Source of the DNA: Takakia lepidozioides
Taxonomy: Eukaryota; Plantae; Bryophyta
Direction of reading: 5' to 3'
DNA length: 64,000 nt
Assembly: GCA_030704615.1 (NCBI GenBank)
Contig: CM060732.1
Coordinates: forward strand, 41,602,001-41,666,000
The notes below the pieces were generated by a model. It was not told where the DNA came from, searched no databases, and saw only the letters and a program-made list of their open reading frames with translations. A program made the position numbers and the translations under genes. Below are positions 51,017 through 64,000 of the stretch, one piece after another. The stretch's first letter is position 1. The number at the start of each line of letters is the position of its first letter.

Positions 51017-54000
51017 CGCCTCCCTCTGTGTCTTGACAATTAGAGGAAGGGCAGGCCGATGATGCTATTGCACTGACTCCCCTCACCTGCAGACCATAGG
51101 AACAGAGAAGAGCATCTGGCATAGCTCTCAGGCAGAGTGAAGTGACCTCACTGGTAGTCATAATTCTCCATGCCACCTAGAAAGGACAACTCTCTTCCTT
51201 AGGAGCTAGTCACAAACCTCTCACAGAAGATAATGCTCAAAAAGTCAAGCGGTAATCAGGAGTGGAATATGAGGCTGCACGAGGCATTCAGAAGATATCT
51301 TCACAATTGTATGCTGAAACATCTGAAGGCCTCAGAACTAAGACATTGCAACTTGGTGCCCCAGAACCAGCCCACGATCTGCTGAGATGGATTTCTAAGA
51401 GAGGTGAATGTACCAAGCGAAAGCTAAACAAGATATGACTCAATACAGCGGAAAACCCCGAATCTAATCTGGAGGGTGTAGCACAAGGGCCAGAGCTCCG
51501 CAAACAGAGAGACACTCAACGGTGCGCTGAGCTGAAAGTCTAATCAGAAGCGCCAAAAGATGGGTAGCAAACACAAACGCTTCCCCAGCGTGCTACCGGG
51601 AAGATGAAGCCAGGAGGCAGATCACCCTCTTCAAGAATGTCTCATGAGTGAAGACAGCGTGAGGCCACAGCTGCACTGCACAGGAGAAGAAAGAAAGCTT
51701 CCAAACTTCAAAGCTTAGTTATTCAGTAAAAGCACCTTCTGACCAGAAGTCCTCCATTCAACACGTCAGATACCTCCCATATCCATCAGATATAAATTAC
51801 TTATAGGCAGCCTAGTTTTCTTTTGTTTGGAATCTCCCACAACCCATCATCCAGACCCCCGGAGAAAAAATCACATAGCAAATACAAAGCTCCAAAGAGA
51901 CTTTCAGCATGTTTATCATACCCATGCCCCTCTCCTCCTCCCTTGTTTTTTGGCTTCCATCTCTTCCCTTGCTATGATTCATGTTTCACTCTCTGGCGCA
52001 CCTAAAAATGGACAAGAGCACTGTCCACAAAACCAACTCCCAGATCCACTTGGCCCATTTGGTTTTTCTTACAGGTCTTATTTACTCTAACTCTGGTTGG
52101 CCTGTCACATATATATATTTCTTTCTCTGTTCCGTGGTCCTACACTTGGATCCTTTGCCACAAAACTATGCGTGGAGATGGATAGAGATTGTGAAGCGAC
52201 ACCGTTTAACAGGGTATTGGTTGCAACCACAACATCGCCGGCCCCACAATTCAAAGTCTTGGTAATCTCTGTAAGTTGTCCACGTGAACATATTTCCACC
52301 TTGCCCCATCCACCATGCGACACCCATCTGGAGCAGAAAATAAAAGTAAATCCTCAAAGTTGGCATCAATCTCTCTCAAGCTCCTACTACCGACTCGAAA
52401 TTGTACATATGCCCAACACCTTCACCACACGTGGAAGAGACGTGCCTAAGTTCGATTGCTTTCAATCCTCAATGGCGTGGCACTGGTCCCTGGTACTGTA
52501 AGGCAATAGACAAGAAAGAATGGTGTCAGCTGGGCTCACCCATTTCTTTGTTTTGAGTTTATCAAAAGAGAGACTCCGCCCAAATCGAGCATGAGTAAGT
52601 GCCTCTTTGGGTTGTCATGAATGATCAATCCCACTTATAATGCAGGTGGGTTAGGAGATGAGCTGAAGTTGCGATGTTGGGTAGAGTCTCTAGTTGTTGT
52701 GTTGTCAAGAGTGGAAATCAGAATGTGCTAGCTCCTCTCCAGCCAACATCAATCTTCTTTCGTTTAACTCTCTCCCTGAGTCAAGGGTCCCACCCTGCAG
52801 CCTTTTGTGAGTCATCCGAGGCTTGCAGCCCCTCACGCTCTCCAAGGCCCTGGTGACGAACAAGTGCAGGAGCAAAAGTGTCAGGAATGAGATTCCTGAC
52901 ACGGATCCTGCAGCCCAGCAAGACGGCTACCCACCTCAATTTGTGGTCGCTTTTGGAAAAAGCAGTGGTGGATTGTGAGGCCATGGCCTCTGCATTGAGC
53001 GCTTTACCCGGCCACATTCCATGTCACACCAAAGGCCTGCAAGACTCCGGTCCACCATCGCCCAAGATACTTGGATAGTCAGATTGTGTAGTGCATGCAG
53101 CCTGATTTTCAGCAGAAGCAATAGTTCATGAGTTTTGACCAGTCTTGACATGGTATCGAGGTTTATGGCCGGTATAAACGAGCCTGGCTCTATGCCTGGT
53201 TACTAAGACCGGACAGTAATGGTATGAAACATGGTAATACCAGGCTTATAGAACCAGTTGCCCCCAATATGCCCTATAAGCACGAACATGCACCAGCCCA
53301 TGCCAGAGAGGTAATGTGTGACGTCTACCCGTGTGTTGCTACCAGGACTTGTGTGCATTTTGGGTTTAGGGAATGGTATGAATCCGTGGTTCATCTCTCT
53401 AGCCTACACTGAGTTTCATGTGGTTTACTTACATTTCCCTAAACATCTTGTTATACTCATTAAATGCAATTGTTTTTAGCGGTTTTGAGGTTTTAAAACT
53501 AATACCAGTCGCCTACTATGACCCAGTTAGTACTAAACTCCTCGCATGATCAATCAGGTCATGAACAAACATCACAGCATTATTCATACCAAATGCAGTA
53601 CCTATAAATCTGAAAATTCTGAGGACTCACACCAGTTGGTATCGCAAAATTGTTAAAGGGTGATACCAATACCTCGATAGGTATGGGCAAAGACCAATAT
53701 CAAACCAACACTGGTTTTGACTTCCTTTGTATTTGGATCTAAACCCCTCTCTACTTTGGAATCAACCAAACATGGTCAAGACCATGATGCTTGCTCACAG
53801 GACTGTGTCCCCACAAAGTCTCTCATCTGGCCAATGCCACCAATGCTAGTAGAGTATATTGTTACATGATTTATGCCCTGCGCTGTTAACAGAAAGAATC
53901 CAGAGAAGCTGTGATCCTTCCGTGGAGTACACAGAAACTCAGGAGTTGCAGGTCCAAACAATACTTGCTCCAGCTGTAAACCCATAAGAGGGTGAGCCTC

Positions 54001-55243
54001 ACCGTATAGCCAGAGTTCAACAGGAAACTGACAAACTCATCTCTTGGTGGTATGGAGGAGAAGAACATACCACACTCGTCCAGGTAGCAGGACTTGACCC
54101 AGAATCATCGGGATGGTTTGATGGATACCCATAGAGTTAACAGCAGTAGGTTGGGGAAGAAGAGAGAAGAGAGAGAGATTCCGCAAGCGAAAGCTCCTGA
54201 TGGTGGCAGGTGTTGTACATCAAACTCATCAGAGAGCTCAAGATATCCAGAGGGGAGAGGAGAGGAACACCATGGTGCATTGCATGAAAGGGGAGGCCGA
54301 CCATGGAAAGCCATGAAGGTGGCCACACTTGCTTGTTCCCAGGTGGTGGGGAAGTGGAGTTAGATGAGGGTTTAATTTCCAGTGATGCCTTGTACAGTGA
54401 GACAGTTCCAGAGCTGGAACTGGAAACATCCATCGATGTTTCCTTAGACAACACAAAGTGTCTCTCTGTAGCACAATTTTTAAGATGGAACATCCCAGTG
54501 GAGCCAGGAATGCCTTGGTGGGGAGCGACTCACTTTCGGAGTGGGAATCCTCAATCTCCACAGATCTCATGCCTAGTATAGATGAGGATACGATCTCTAA
54601 AGATGCTACACTTAGCTCAGAGTTAGAGCCCTTCCCCTGCAAGCATGCCAGATTTGATTCACTCCACATACTCTCCCAAATTCTCTACAATCATATGATA
54701 GCTTAGCAGCCATTCTATAAATCTGGTTTCTGCTAAACAGACATCCTTAACTTGGAAAGTGGCTGCAATGCACATGCCAAGAGTTTCTGGAGGAAACATA
54801 CAGTAAATTAAGGAGGGAGAACGTACTCATAAGACGTTTGTCCTGAACCCAGTTTTGGCAGAAGTAGGCAGGGAGGAAGAGAGAGAGGGAGGGAAAAAAT
54901 ATCACACATTGAGTCAGTTTCATAACATCTGCTAAAACCCAGAAGTATTTTTTGAAACAAGCTCTTCACTCTGTAACTTGGAGAAAGATTGAGATGAGGG
55001 GCACTTACCTTCACTGAGGATGCCTATGACAAGTAGGTACTGCAGCTAAAGTTAGAATGGTGGGATATAGAAACAAAAGGAAGAATGGGACTCGCCTAGT
55101 TACATATATATCAATAGAATGTGGGAAAATGCAATGCTTTTTGCAGAGCTTAGCTGCTCATCCCGAGTGTGCGCATCTATTGCAGCTTCAATCGACAGGC
55201 GGCATATAAATAACCCTGCCTAACAGTATTGTACTGGGACTAC

Positions 55244-55621
55244 AGATGTTGCATGGATGCTGCCTGGAGCTGTTCTGCACTAACACAGTTAGTCAATTTC
55301 AGCTTTTGTGCTAACCAATGGTTTTTCATGTGTGCTCAACAGGTATGAAGTCCTAGGGATGCACGAGTTTGACAGTGTGTGTAAGCGCATGTCGGTAATA
55401 GTCCAGTGCCCTGATGGGACCATCAAACTGCTGGTAAACGGATACGGCAGTCCTGGACATTATTGGCCCTAGTGATACTTCTCTGTTAGGTACTCCCATG
55501 GCAAATGGCAAGTCGCTAGCAGAGGGGAGACAACGGGCGGAAGTGCTACTTGCAACACTAGGGCACCTTGACCGGTATGCCCGAGAAGGTTTGCAAACTC
55601 TGGTTGTAGCAATGAGAGAAC
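55244..55621 (+). pseudogene. Inverted partial copy of P4-ATPase exon 3 and its upstream intron
   Basis: Reverse complement of ~59150-59565 at high identity, with an ~31-bp intronic deletion and a 5-bp exonic deletion (gtaaa[gggtg]cggatac). Confidence 0.92.
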
Positions 55622-56104
55622 AACAGTCCCAAGCAAAAATGGAAAAATGCAGCACTAGGTCTGGAGCTCGTCCATCCATGAGACTAAAGCATTAACTCTG
55701 CTGGGAAACACACAAAAGGTCTCTCCTTTCATCACCTTGAGAACAATCTACACAAGACTGGAGCTCTTTCCTAAAATGGCAGGTGCATTGTCGCAGTTGC
55801 TAATCCATTTTGTGCGTGGGGTGCTCAATGTGCACGCCCATATAAATTGTAGTACAGTCCTCTTGATTTAAGAGTGCACGTCCCAAGTCTTCTACATTTA
55901 ACAGGTGAAAGATCTATCCTAGAAAAAGACAGAAGGTAACTTTGTCCCAACTTGAAAATCTAACTGACGATTCCAAGAAGGGCATGGATGGGGGTGCACA
56001 CTGTTGGTGCGCATTCCCAGAGACTAAACTTATTGAACCTACAAACAAATCTTCTGGAAGGTTGCTATAACACACGTGTACGAGAGACACGAAATTCCTT
56101 CCAC

Positions 56105-59100
56105 TCAAATAACCAAGGGAGACGGGGCAGTTGAATCCATAGGGTGGGGCACCTCATTGAGCTCCACTGATGGCCCAGATCGACCTCCGTCGCTCCCTCT
56201 TATCTCAGCCTCACGTGCAATGTGGATATCAGAGGGCCATAGCTGCTGCTTCAAAATTTTGACACAGAAGCGTGGCATCGATGCTATAATTACAGTACAC
56301 AGGAGGGTTAACCAAGTGCCTACATTACCAGCCATGTGGTACACCACCCTGCACCCGGCCAAACAATAGCAGTTGAGATCAATATACATAACATCAATTT
56401 ATCACCCAAATATCAGTAGTCACATGCCTATAGAATCCATCTCCCCACAGGTAACTGTTCAACCTAAAGCCTAGCCATTTTGTGTGTTTCAGAGAAAGAC
56501 AGAGAGAGGGGATTCTGGTTTAGAAAGTTTAATCATAGGTGCCTCCCCTTTTCTTCCCCAAACGAAAATAGGGAAATAGAGAACCCACCCTATTCTCAGA
56601 TTTAGATGAAGTTAAGAGAGCACTTACCAAAAGTGGGGCAGAAAGTCATCTGCAAAAATTAAAGAGTCCATTGCAACTTGGGCTACGAAGGTGGCAGCTA
56701 TGGAACCCCATATAGCTGCATGGGTGATCCAAGTCCAGCGCAGAACATCCATCGCCAAGTGCACATTCACCAATACCACCACTGCTATAGTCCACAGGCA
56801 GCCAAGGCCATAAAGGTCGACATCCGTCCCACGATAAACAACATACGGGACAAAGAAGAGAGCCAAACTTTGCCAGAGTGTGTCCAACATGGTAGCCCAA
56901 AAGAGAGTCTGATTGTAAGCCTCCTCACACTGGCCAGCACCGTAAAGTTGAGGGTAATTTAGCAGTGTTCTGTGGCTCAAGTCCTTGTCTAAGACCCCTG
57001 TCACAATTGTGGGGACAGAGGTGTACAGCAGCGAGTAGAACACCAAGTTCCAGTCTGTTAAAGCCGATTGGGGTGAAAATGCAGTGTAGAATATGAACCT
57101 GCATGCAATGAGCATACCAGATTAAATCTTGTCGTGAACTATGTTAGCCTTACTATAGGCTAAACAATTAACATATACAATTGGTCCCCATCAAATCAGC
57201 ATAAAGGACCCCGTCTCCCTAATTGAAAGTCCACGCACAATCCAAGCAGCCAGCCAGTACCACCCTATCTGCAACATCTCCAGGCAAATGGATAACTTAT
57301 ACAGAAAAAAGTTCTCACTCAATTAAATCAGTAATCAACTAGATGTAATGAGGTCACGCTTGCAGCTGACTACTTTACTTTGACCTTAAATCCTGGCTTG
57401 TATCATAAGAGATCTGCAAAACAACATGAAGACAAAGCTTATGAAGACCAACAAAACTCAATGTGATAAGACGACTAGAAACTCACCAAAAAAGCATCAG
57501 TACAAAAACAGCATTTCGGTAAAAGTTGTAGAGAACCATATAACCCAAGCGCTGGTAATTCCAATGGCCATGGACAAGCAGCAGGCGTTTTAGGAACCGA
57601 AACTGGCCCATCGCAAAATCAGATGCCATCACCGCCTGCCTTCCCTCCTGTCCGCTGATGCCCACCCCTACATCGGCCATCTGGATCATTGATACATCAT
57701 TTGCCCCATCACCGATTGCCAAGGTCATCTCTTTGGTTTTGCGTTTGATGAGGGAAACAATGCCTGCCTTCTGAAGGGGTGCAACCCGGCAACAAACAAC
57801 CACTTTACAAGCCGTCGCCAACTCATAGAGCTGTTCCATTGTCCACCAAACAATACACACACAAATACATCTGTGTCAAAGCAGGGACCATGCCAATTTT
57901 CAACATCCGGAGGTTGATCTTAGATTAGCAATCTGAAAGGAGATCTTTTGCAAATGGGTGCCTCTCCTGTACCTGCAGATGATAATGCTGGTAGTTTATC
58001 AGGAGTCGAGCTACATGAACTGATGCTTTCGTGTAACAATATATGGTGAGACATTAAACAAATTGAAATCTGTAGAATGGTACAAACATCTGAGAGAGGG
58101 ACCCACCTCCTGTTCTAACTCTGCTGACAAAGCATGGACAAGGCTGTTGCCATCAATGATAAGGGCCAAGGGCTGGCCTCGTTGGGATGTCCCCAGACCC
58201 ACCCTTCTCTCTTCTGAACCCCTTGCTGAATAAAATTCATTGTTTGAGAGGACGTCACCGGCCATGGGGTTCACAAAGGTGCTGTCACTGATGCTGGAAT
58301 TGCCGGCTTCCATAATACTTTGACGTCTAAATGAAAACCTAGTTCCTTTGTGGGACACCGAGATCCCATATGTGGCCCTGGCCGTTGCCATTGCCTCGTG
58401 GCACCCCTCTCTTGTTGTCTCATTGATGATGATCTGATGCATGTCACGTGTGAGCAGCAGGCATGAAAATCCGATGGAGATGGCCGTCTCTTGTTTGTCC
58501 CCTGTCAATACCCATACCTTAATCCCTGCCTCTCTAAGCAATGCTATTGTCTCTGGCACCCCCTTCTGTTGCCACAACATACATGTAAGCACACAACAAC
58601 ATCAGGGACAACTCACATTGCTACGAGACAACCCAGTATTTTCTTCAAATTATCCCAGGCTACTAAAATCCAAGAGCACCGATAGTAGAACAAACTCAAA
58701 AAAATCGCAACCTCCACAAAAAGGTCACTGTTGAAACAAGCAGCGAATCCCAATCCACAATATAGCAACTATACCTGTAGCTTGTCTTCAATTCCAGTGG
58801 CCCCCAAAAGCTTGAGATTGTTCTCCACTAGTGCTGCTGCATTCCGTAGCATGCCCACTCTGTCGGTCAACGCTGTGCTTGCTTTGGCAAAGTGAAAGTG
58901 CCAGTCTTCCACCTAAAACCATCAAGCACACGATTCACGACTTTTTTCAAAGTAGGTAACACTCACTCAGTTACAAGCGAGAATAACACTCCAATACAGC
59001 ATGTAGCCTTCAGACTTGGTACGTACTTTTGTTTGCTTTTTCAAAGCACCTCAGAGAAATATGCAAGCCTGCAGAACATTAGAAAAGGGAGAGAGAGGTG

Positions 59101-62100
59101 TAAGAAATAGAAGGATTTCTTGATGGGTGAAGTTACCTCTTTTTGTGTTAGTTCTCTAGTTGCTACAACCAGAGTTCGCAAACCTTCCCGGGCATACCGG
59201 TCAAGGTGCCCTAGTGTTGCAAGTAGCACTTCCGCCCGATGTCTCCCCTCTGCCAGTGACTCGCCATTTGCCATAGGAGTACCTAACAGAGAAGTATCAC
59301 TGGGGCCAATATTGTCCAGGACTGCCGTATCCGCACCCTTTACCAGCAGTTTGATGGTCCCATCAGGGCACTGGACTATTACAGACATGCGCTTACGCAC
59401 ACTGTCAAACTCGTGCATCCCTAGGACTTCATACCTGTTGAGCACACATAATGAACCATTGGTTAACACAAAAGCTGAAATTGCCTAACTGTGTTAGTGC
59501 AGAACAGCTCCCTTGCACTTGCCAGAGATATTCTGAACATCCCAGGCAGCATCCATGCGACATCTTATCAATATGAGAGCGTAGTAAGCTCTGAACTCAT
59601 ATATGAGACAACTTATCACATTGATATACATGATATTAATTTCCAAACTATTTCCATTGAGAAGTTTTGAAAGTGCCAGTCCAAGGTTGCAGAAAGAAGC
59701 TTGGCCGGAGCTTTTGTCCAGTAACATAACTCGGAAGCCAAAATCCCAGCTGGCACCCATCTTCTGTGGTAACGTGAACCTGGTATAACAAGTATATTGC
59801 TTAAGGAGGAAAACTACAAGTTCAAAGGAGAGAAGAGATCCTAAATTACATCCACAAAAGGAGTTCCGGTCCATTCTTTGCAGTGACAATATGTCCAATC
59901 AATGGACATATCCTAACAGACATAGTTCTTTGATCTTAGTGGTTCTCATGCTGGTACTAGTGTCTATGTTCAGGAATACATTCAGATTTCTGACATAGCA
60001 GAAATGTAGTCATAAGACTTTGTAAGCATGGCCTCCTGGCCCCTGTGCCTAAGTTTGCAGAGGGGGCAAGAAATGGGAAGAAAACAGCGATATTGGTGGG
60101 CCAGGTTCTCCAGGCCAATGTGTTGTTGCATGCCAACACAGTGTGATCAAACTTGGTAATGGCATCTCTAAGTCAAAACCTGGTCTGGAGAAGGTAAAAG
60201 TACACAATTACCTCTGCATTTCACCCAAAACGTCTATCACAATGCTGGCTGAAGTCCGCTCCATTAGTGTATAGCCATAGGCCGCAGCCGCTGACACCAA
60301 AGCTTGCTCATCCGGAGACTCCCCTTGATACTCTATTAATCCTACACCTCCCTCAGAATTGGCGGCTTGCATTTCAAGCTGGCCTGTAGGTGATATGTTG
60401 ACCCTGGTTGGAACTACAGTATTGCACGCTGCCAAAACAAGCATGTATTCATGAACCACCTGTTTCTCCTGTGTGTTGGTTGGACTTAGGAGCAGCCTAA
60501 TAAGTTGTGGGTCAACTTTAGCACCCAATTTAGGCCTCCATGCTTGCTTGCTCAAGTCCTCTGTAAATCCACCCAAAGCTCCCTATGTCAGCATGGCAGT
60601 GCACATACACACATGTGGTTCTGACCAATTCCAAGCAGCAACCCCTGAAACATGATATTCAGTATGGTACTAGGACAACGACAAGATTAGCATGAAGTGA
60701 CATGAACAATTGCTACAATCCAGAGCCACGCCTTTTACGTAGAGAGAGGATGGGCACCTCTATCAGTCTCTACAAAGCATTTAGACCTTCCGCCCTGGAT
60801 GTAGAGAGTGTAGCAGGGAAAGAGTGGGAGGAGATATTAACTAAAAAGGATAAGATTGCACATTGAGAGGATCTTGTCTAGATTGTTGCATCACAGTTCC
60901 AAGATACATATCGAGGATAATATAGGGTTATTATATCACATCAAGACAGCTTCAGCAGGTACTTCATGACGGTGGAGAGCTCTCCACAATGCACAACACC
61001 CCAAAGTACAAATCTTCACATTCATTGTTGTAAGCAAAAGTTGAACACAAACCTTGAAGAAAGTGGGTGTCCCCTGGCCTGAGAGGCCCCTCACTTTTCC
61101 CTGTAGTGTGCTCTCCAACAGTCTTGGCATTGCTGTAATCTACCCCGTCAATACTAGCAGTATGAAACTCCATCTTATTCTCTGTCAAGGTCCCAGTCTT
61201 GTCGGAGAAAAGGTATTTAATCTGCCCCAAGTCCTCATTAATATTCAGAGCTCGACACTGGAACCGTGTGTTTGAGCCAGGGTGATACATCTCCATGTCC
61301 CGAACCATGAAATAGGATTGGCCCAAGCGTACTACTTCCATTGAGATGTACAGAGAAATAGGGATCATGATCTGAAAAATAATAATGCAACTCAAGAACC
61401 CAAGTATGCCCTCCCCTGCTACACCAGTGTACATGTAGCTGCCAGTTCGCTTGTAGAACTGGATAATTGGGAGCCATTGCAGGTGCTCCTGGACCCACAG
61501 CCGCATTCCCAGCCCGCCCACGAAGCAAATCACTATCAAGAAGACAACTAGCCAACCAGTTTCCCTGTTCATATACTGTTCCAACCTGCTCCTTTTCGAC
61601 TGCGCCCCTGAGCTATTCAACATGGCCTTGGTTTCCCGTCCTGCATAAACAGCTACCCCAACTACCCAGGAGGTGTTCTTCACCTCACAACCCCGCAGTA
61701 TGATATTGTTAGGCCCAAGAGGAATTTGCGGCCCAGCCAGATCCATGTAGGCAGTAAACTCATAGATGTTTCTATTAGGAAGCTCGCATACAATGACCCC
61801 TGCAAGAGGACCTAGCTCTGGATGCTTCTCAGCTGTCTCTTGCCTGGCATACCTACTCTTAAGATTCGACTCTCCATCGAGATTAATGGTTTCGACGTAT
61901 GCCACCCCTGATGCATCGCTTGTCCCGAGTAACACAATGTCACAGGGGACAGTTTCATTTGCATGGATCTTGACCATCTCTCCCACTCGGATGCGTTTCC
62001 ATTTTTTTGGCTTGTAGTGGCCCTCCTGAAGCACAAGCGACACCCGGTTGTTCTCTTCTCTGTCTGATCGATGCCGGCCCCAATCCTCATAGCCATCTTT

Positions 62101-62886
62101 GATCGCAGTAACAACCAAGACAAAGAGAAGGGGGAAAAGAGAAGCCCATCTTCCAAATACTGCAAGTGCTGGAATCTGATTCAGTATAACAATGAGGAGG
62201 AAGTAAATGTAGGCAAAGCGATGGAACTGCTCGAAGAGATTCCGAGGAAAGAAAGAGATAAGTGTGTACTTGCTGGTGCGCACTCGATTGCCAGCCATCT
62301 CAAACTTCTCATTAGTTCGGATAGGATTGTTGAAATACACAACCCTTGAGTCCGGTTGAGGTGGTTTGCTGGAGCCTGTGAATATTGCACTGAATGCATT
62401 GCCAAAACGAGGCTCAGGGGGTCGAGGAGAACCTGCACCACTGGGAGGGGCCGGGGCTGAGTCTGCTATCTCATCCCCACAAGCTGGGGCGATTCCTGTT
62501 GTCTTGGCAAGTCCAAAAAGTGTTGGTGTTCTCTTTACTTCTCCTTGATTACAAGACGCAGGGGCTGTATTGACAGTTGCCAAATTCTGCAGTGGCTTTT
62601 GGCGGAATGACTCCAATTCTGGCTTGGATACATCAGGTTCTAACCCAGTGCCTGAGTAGACAGACCTCGAATAGGACAGTTTTGGCTGGACTACAAATGT
62701 GGAAAGAGGTTCAGCCGATGAAGAGCGCTCATGCCCATTGGATTTACCGAGTAAATCCTTAGAGTTGTCAAGAGGAATGCACGAGAAGCACGTATGACCA
62801 TTTGCGGATGGTGAGGTGGGACTGTTAATACTGGAAGAGGTAACTGAATGCGGAGAATGGATTAGGAGAGGCCGGGCTGTAGTCAT
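56105..62886 (-). CDS. ALA1: Phospholipid-transporting P4-type ATPase (flippase), ALA1-like
   Basis: Exons 62886-~61095 (alternative donor at ~61053), 60560-60212, 59434-59137, 58912-58775, 58565-58107, 57830-57487, 57098-56628 and 56348-56105. Motifs [43 protein letters not shown] and GDGAND. The subfamily call is from motif resemblance. Confidence 0.93.
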
Positions 62887-63021
62887 TGTCTCCAGGTCTA
62901 GCCACAATGATGCCACCTCATCATGGACTGCACTCTTTTAAGACCCCGTGAATATGGAAAATTGCCAGATTACAAGATTGAGCTGTTAAAGGTGATTCCT
63001 CAACTTGAGCTCCGGACCAGA

Positions 63022-63241
63022 AAATGGGGAAGACATTGCCAACACACTTGCTGCCTCTTTTGTACCATCGTGGCATCATCTCTCCCTCGTGCTTCTTCAC
63101 CTCTTCATCCTGCTATCAAGCAAACATTGACTCAGAAAATGGGGAAGACTTTGCCACCATGCTTGTTGCCTCTTTTGTACCATCCTGAAACCATCTCTCC
63201 CTCATGCTTCTTCACCTCTTCATCCTGCCATCAAGCAAACT
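63022..63241 (+). repeat. ~115-bp imperfect tandem duplication upstream of the flippase
   Basis: aaatggggaagac...tgcctctt..tgtaccatc...catctctccctc.tgcttcttcacctcttcatcctgc.atcaagcaaac occurs twice. Confidence 0.8.
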
Positions 63242-64000
63242 GTCCTGATGTTGGATCTAGTTCCAGGGCCAAGGAAAACCATTACCCAACACAGTATAAA
63301 ATCATGCACAACCGCAATTGTAAACTCGATAAAACTCCCATGAATTGGCCTGACAACTGACCCCTAATAAAGCTATTCCTAGAGAACTGACATGGGGTGG
63401 CAACGAAGAAAAATACCACTTTTGAAGTTTGTCAACTGGCAGCAAAGACCTAACCCAAAGTGCCAAACCAACTTCAGAGCCAATACTCAAAAGTACAGAT
63501 ATATTTATTCTCTGCCCTAGATTTTGTAATCTCTGAGTTTCACTGTATCCAAGAAACCATCGGCCATGTCTCTACCGCACGTATCTAAAAGAACCATCCT
63601 TCTTGTGATCTATCCCAAAACCGACTCATTTTCAAATGAGAAAGCCGCACAGAAAGTGCATTCGTGCATGGAACGCCCATTCGTGAGAACAAATTTGAGC
63701 GGGAAGCTGGGAAGCTGAGAAGCAGTACCATTACAGCAATTTCTTAAGTTGAAAGTCATGGGATTGTATGCAATTGAGGCTTGCCAGACATAGATACAAA
63801 ATGTAATGCGTGGACAAACAAGAGAGAGAGCGGAGGAAGGACAAAGACAGACCTCTCAAGCGTCCATATTCAATGCAAGCAAATGCTCTACAGCTAAATG
63901 ACAATATGTGGTCTCTCGATGCACACAGACTGGACGTAACGATGATGCCGCAATGCCAGTAGATCACAGTAGATCATTCGCCAAGCAAATGCGATTACTG

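Noticed and set aside
51300-55200. Numerous 60-140 aa ORFs on both strands between the racemase and the flippase
   Set aside because: Ser/Leu-rich, overlapping and motif-free; not distinguishable from chance ORFs
44155-62886. GPX, racemase and flippase as a functional gene cluster
   Set aside because: No shared pathway is evident; adjacency alone is ordinary without synteny or co-expression data

Overview
Eukaryotic plant nuclear DNA, probably from a non-seed land plant. That placement is an inference from the PLS-type PPR relics, a Phygy/Athila-like gypsy and a half-tRNA-primed copia. Four intron-containing host genes could be reconstructed by hand with phase-consistent GT-AG junctions: an acidic/Gly-Pro-rich protein with a C-terminal RRM (3522-9378 +), an N-myristoylation-type glutathione peroxidase-like gene (44155-47668 +), a two-cysteine Asp/Glu racemase-family gene (49348-51016 -) and an ALA1-type P4-ATPase flippase (56105-62886 -). 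The middle of the window (about 12.2-42.7 kb) is a transposon and pseudogene cluster. It holds a 5'-deleted Ty1/copia fused to a 12.6-kb non-chromovirus Ty3/gypsy with extra ORFs at both ends, PPR fragments, AT-rich tandem arrays with telomere-like motifs, a second copia with a half-tRNA(iMet) PBS, a frameshifted F-box gene, an orphan ORF and a 5'-truncated LINE. The most interesting leads are the doubly accessorised gypsy, an inverted exon copy just downstream of the flippase (possible self-hairpin RNA) and the racemase as a possible plastid D-amino-acid source. No database search was possible, so family calls rest on recognised motifs.
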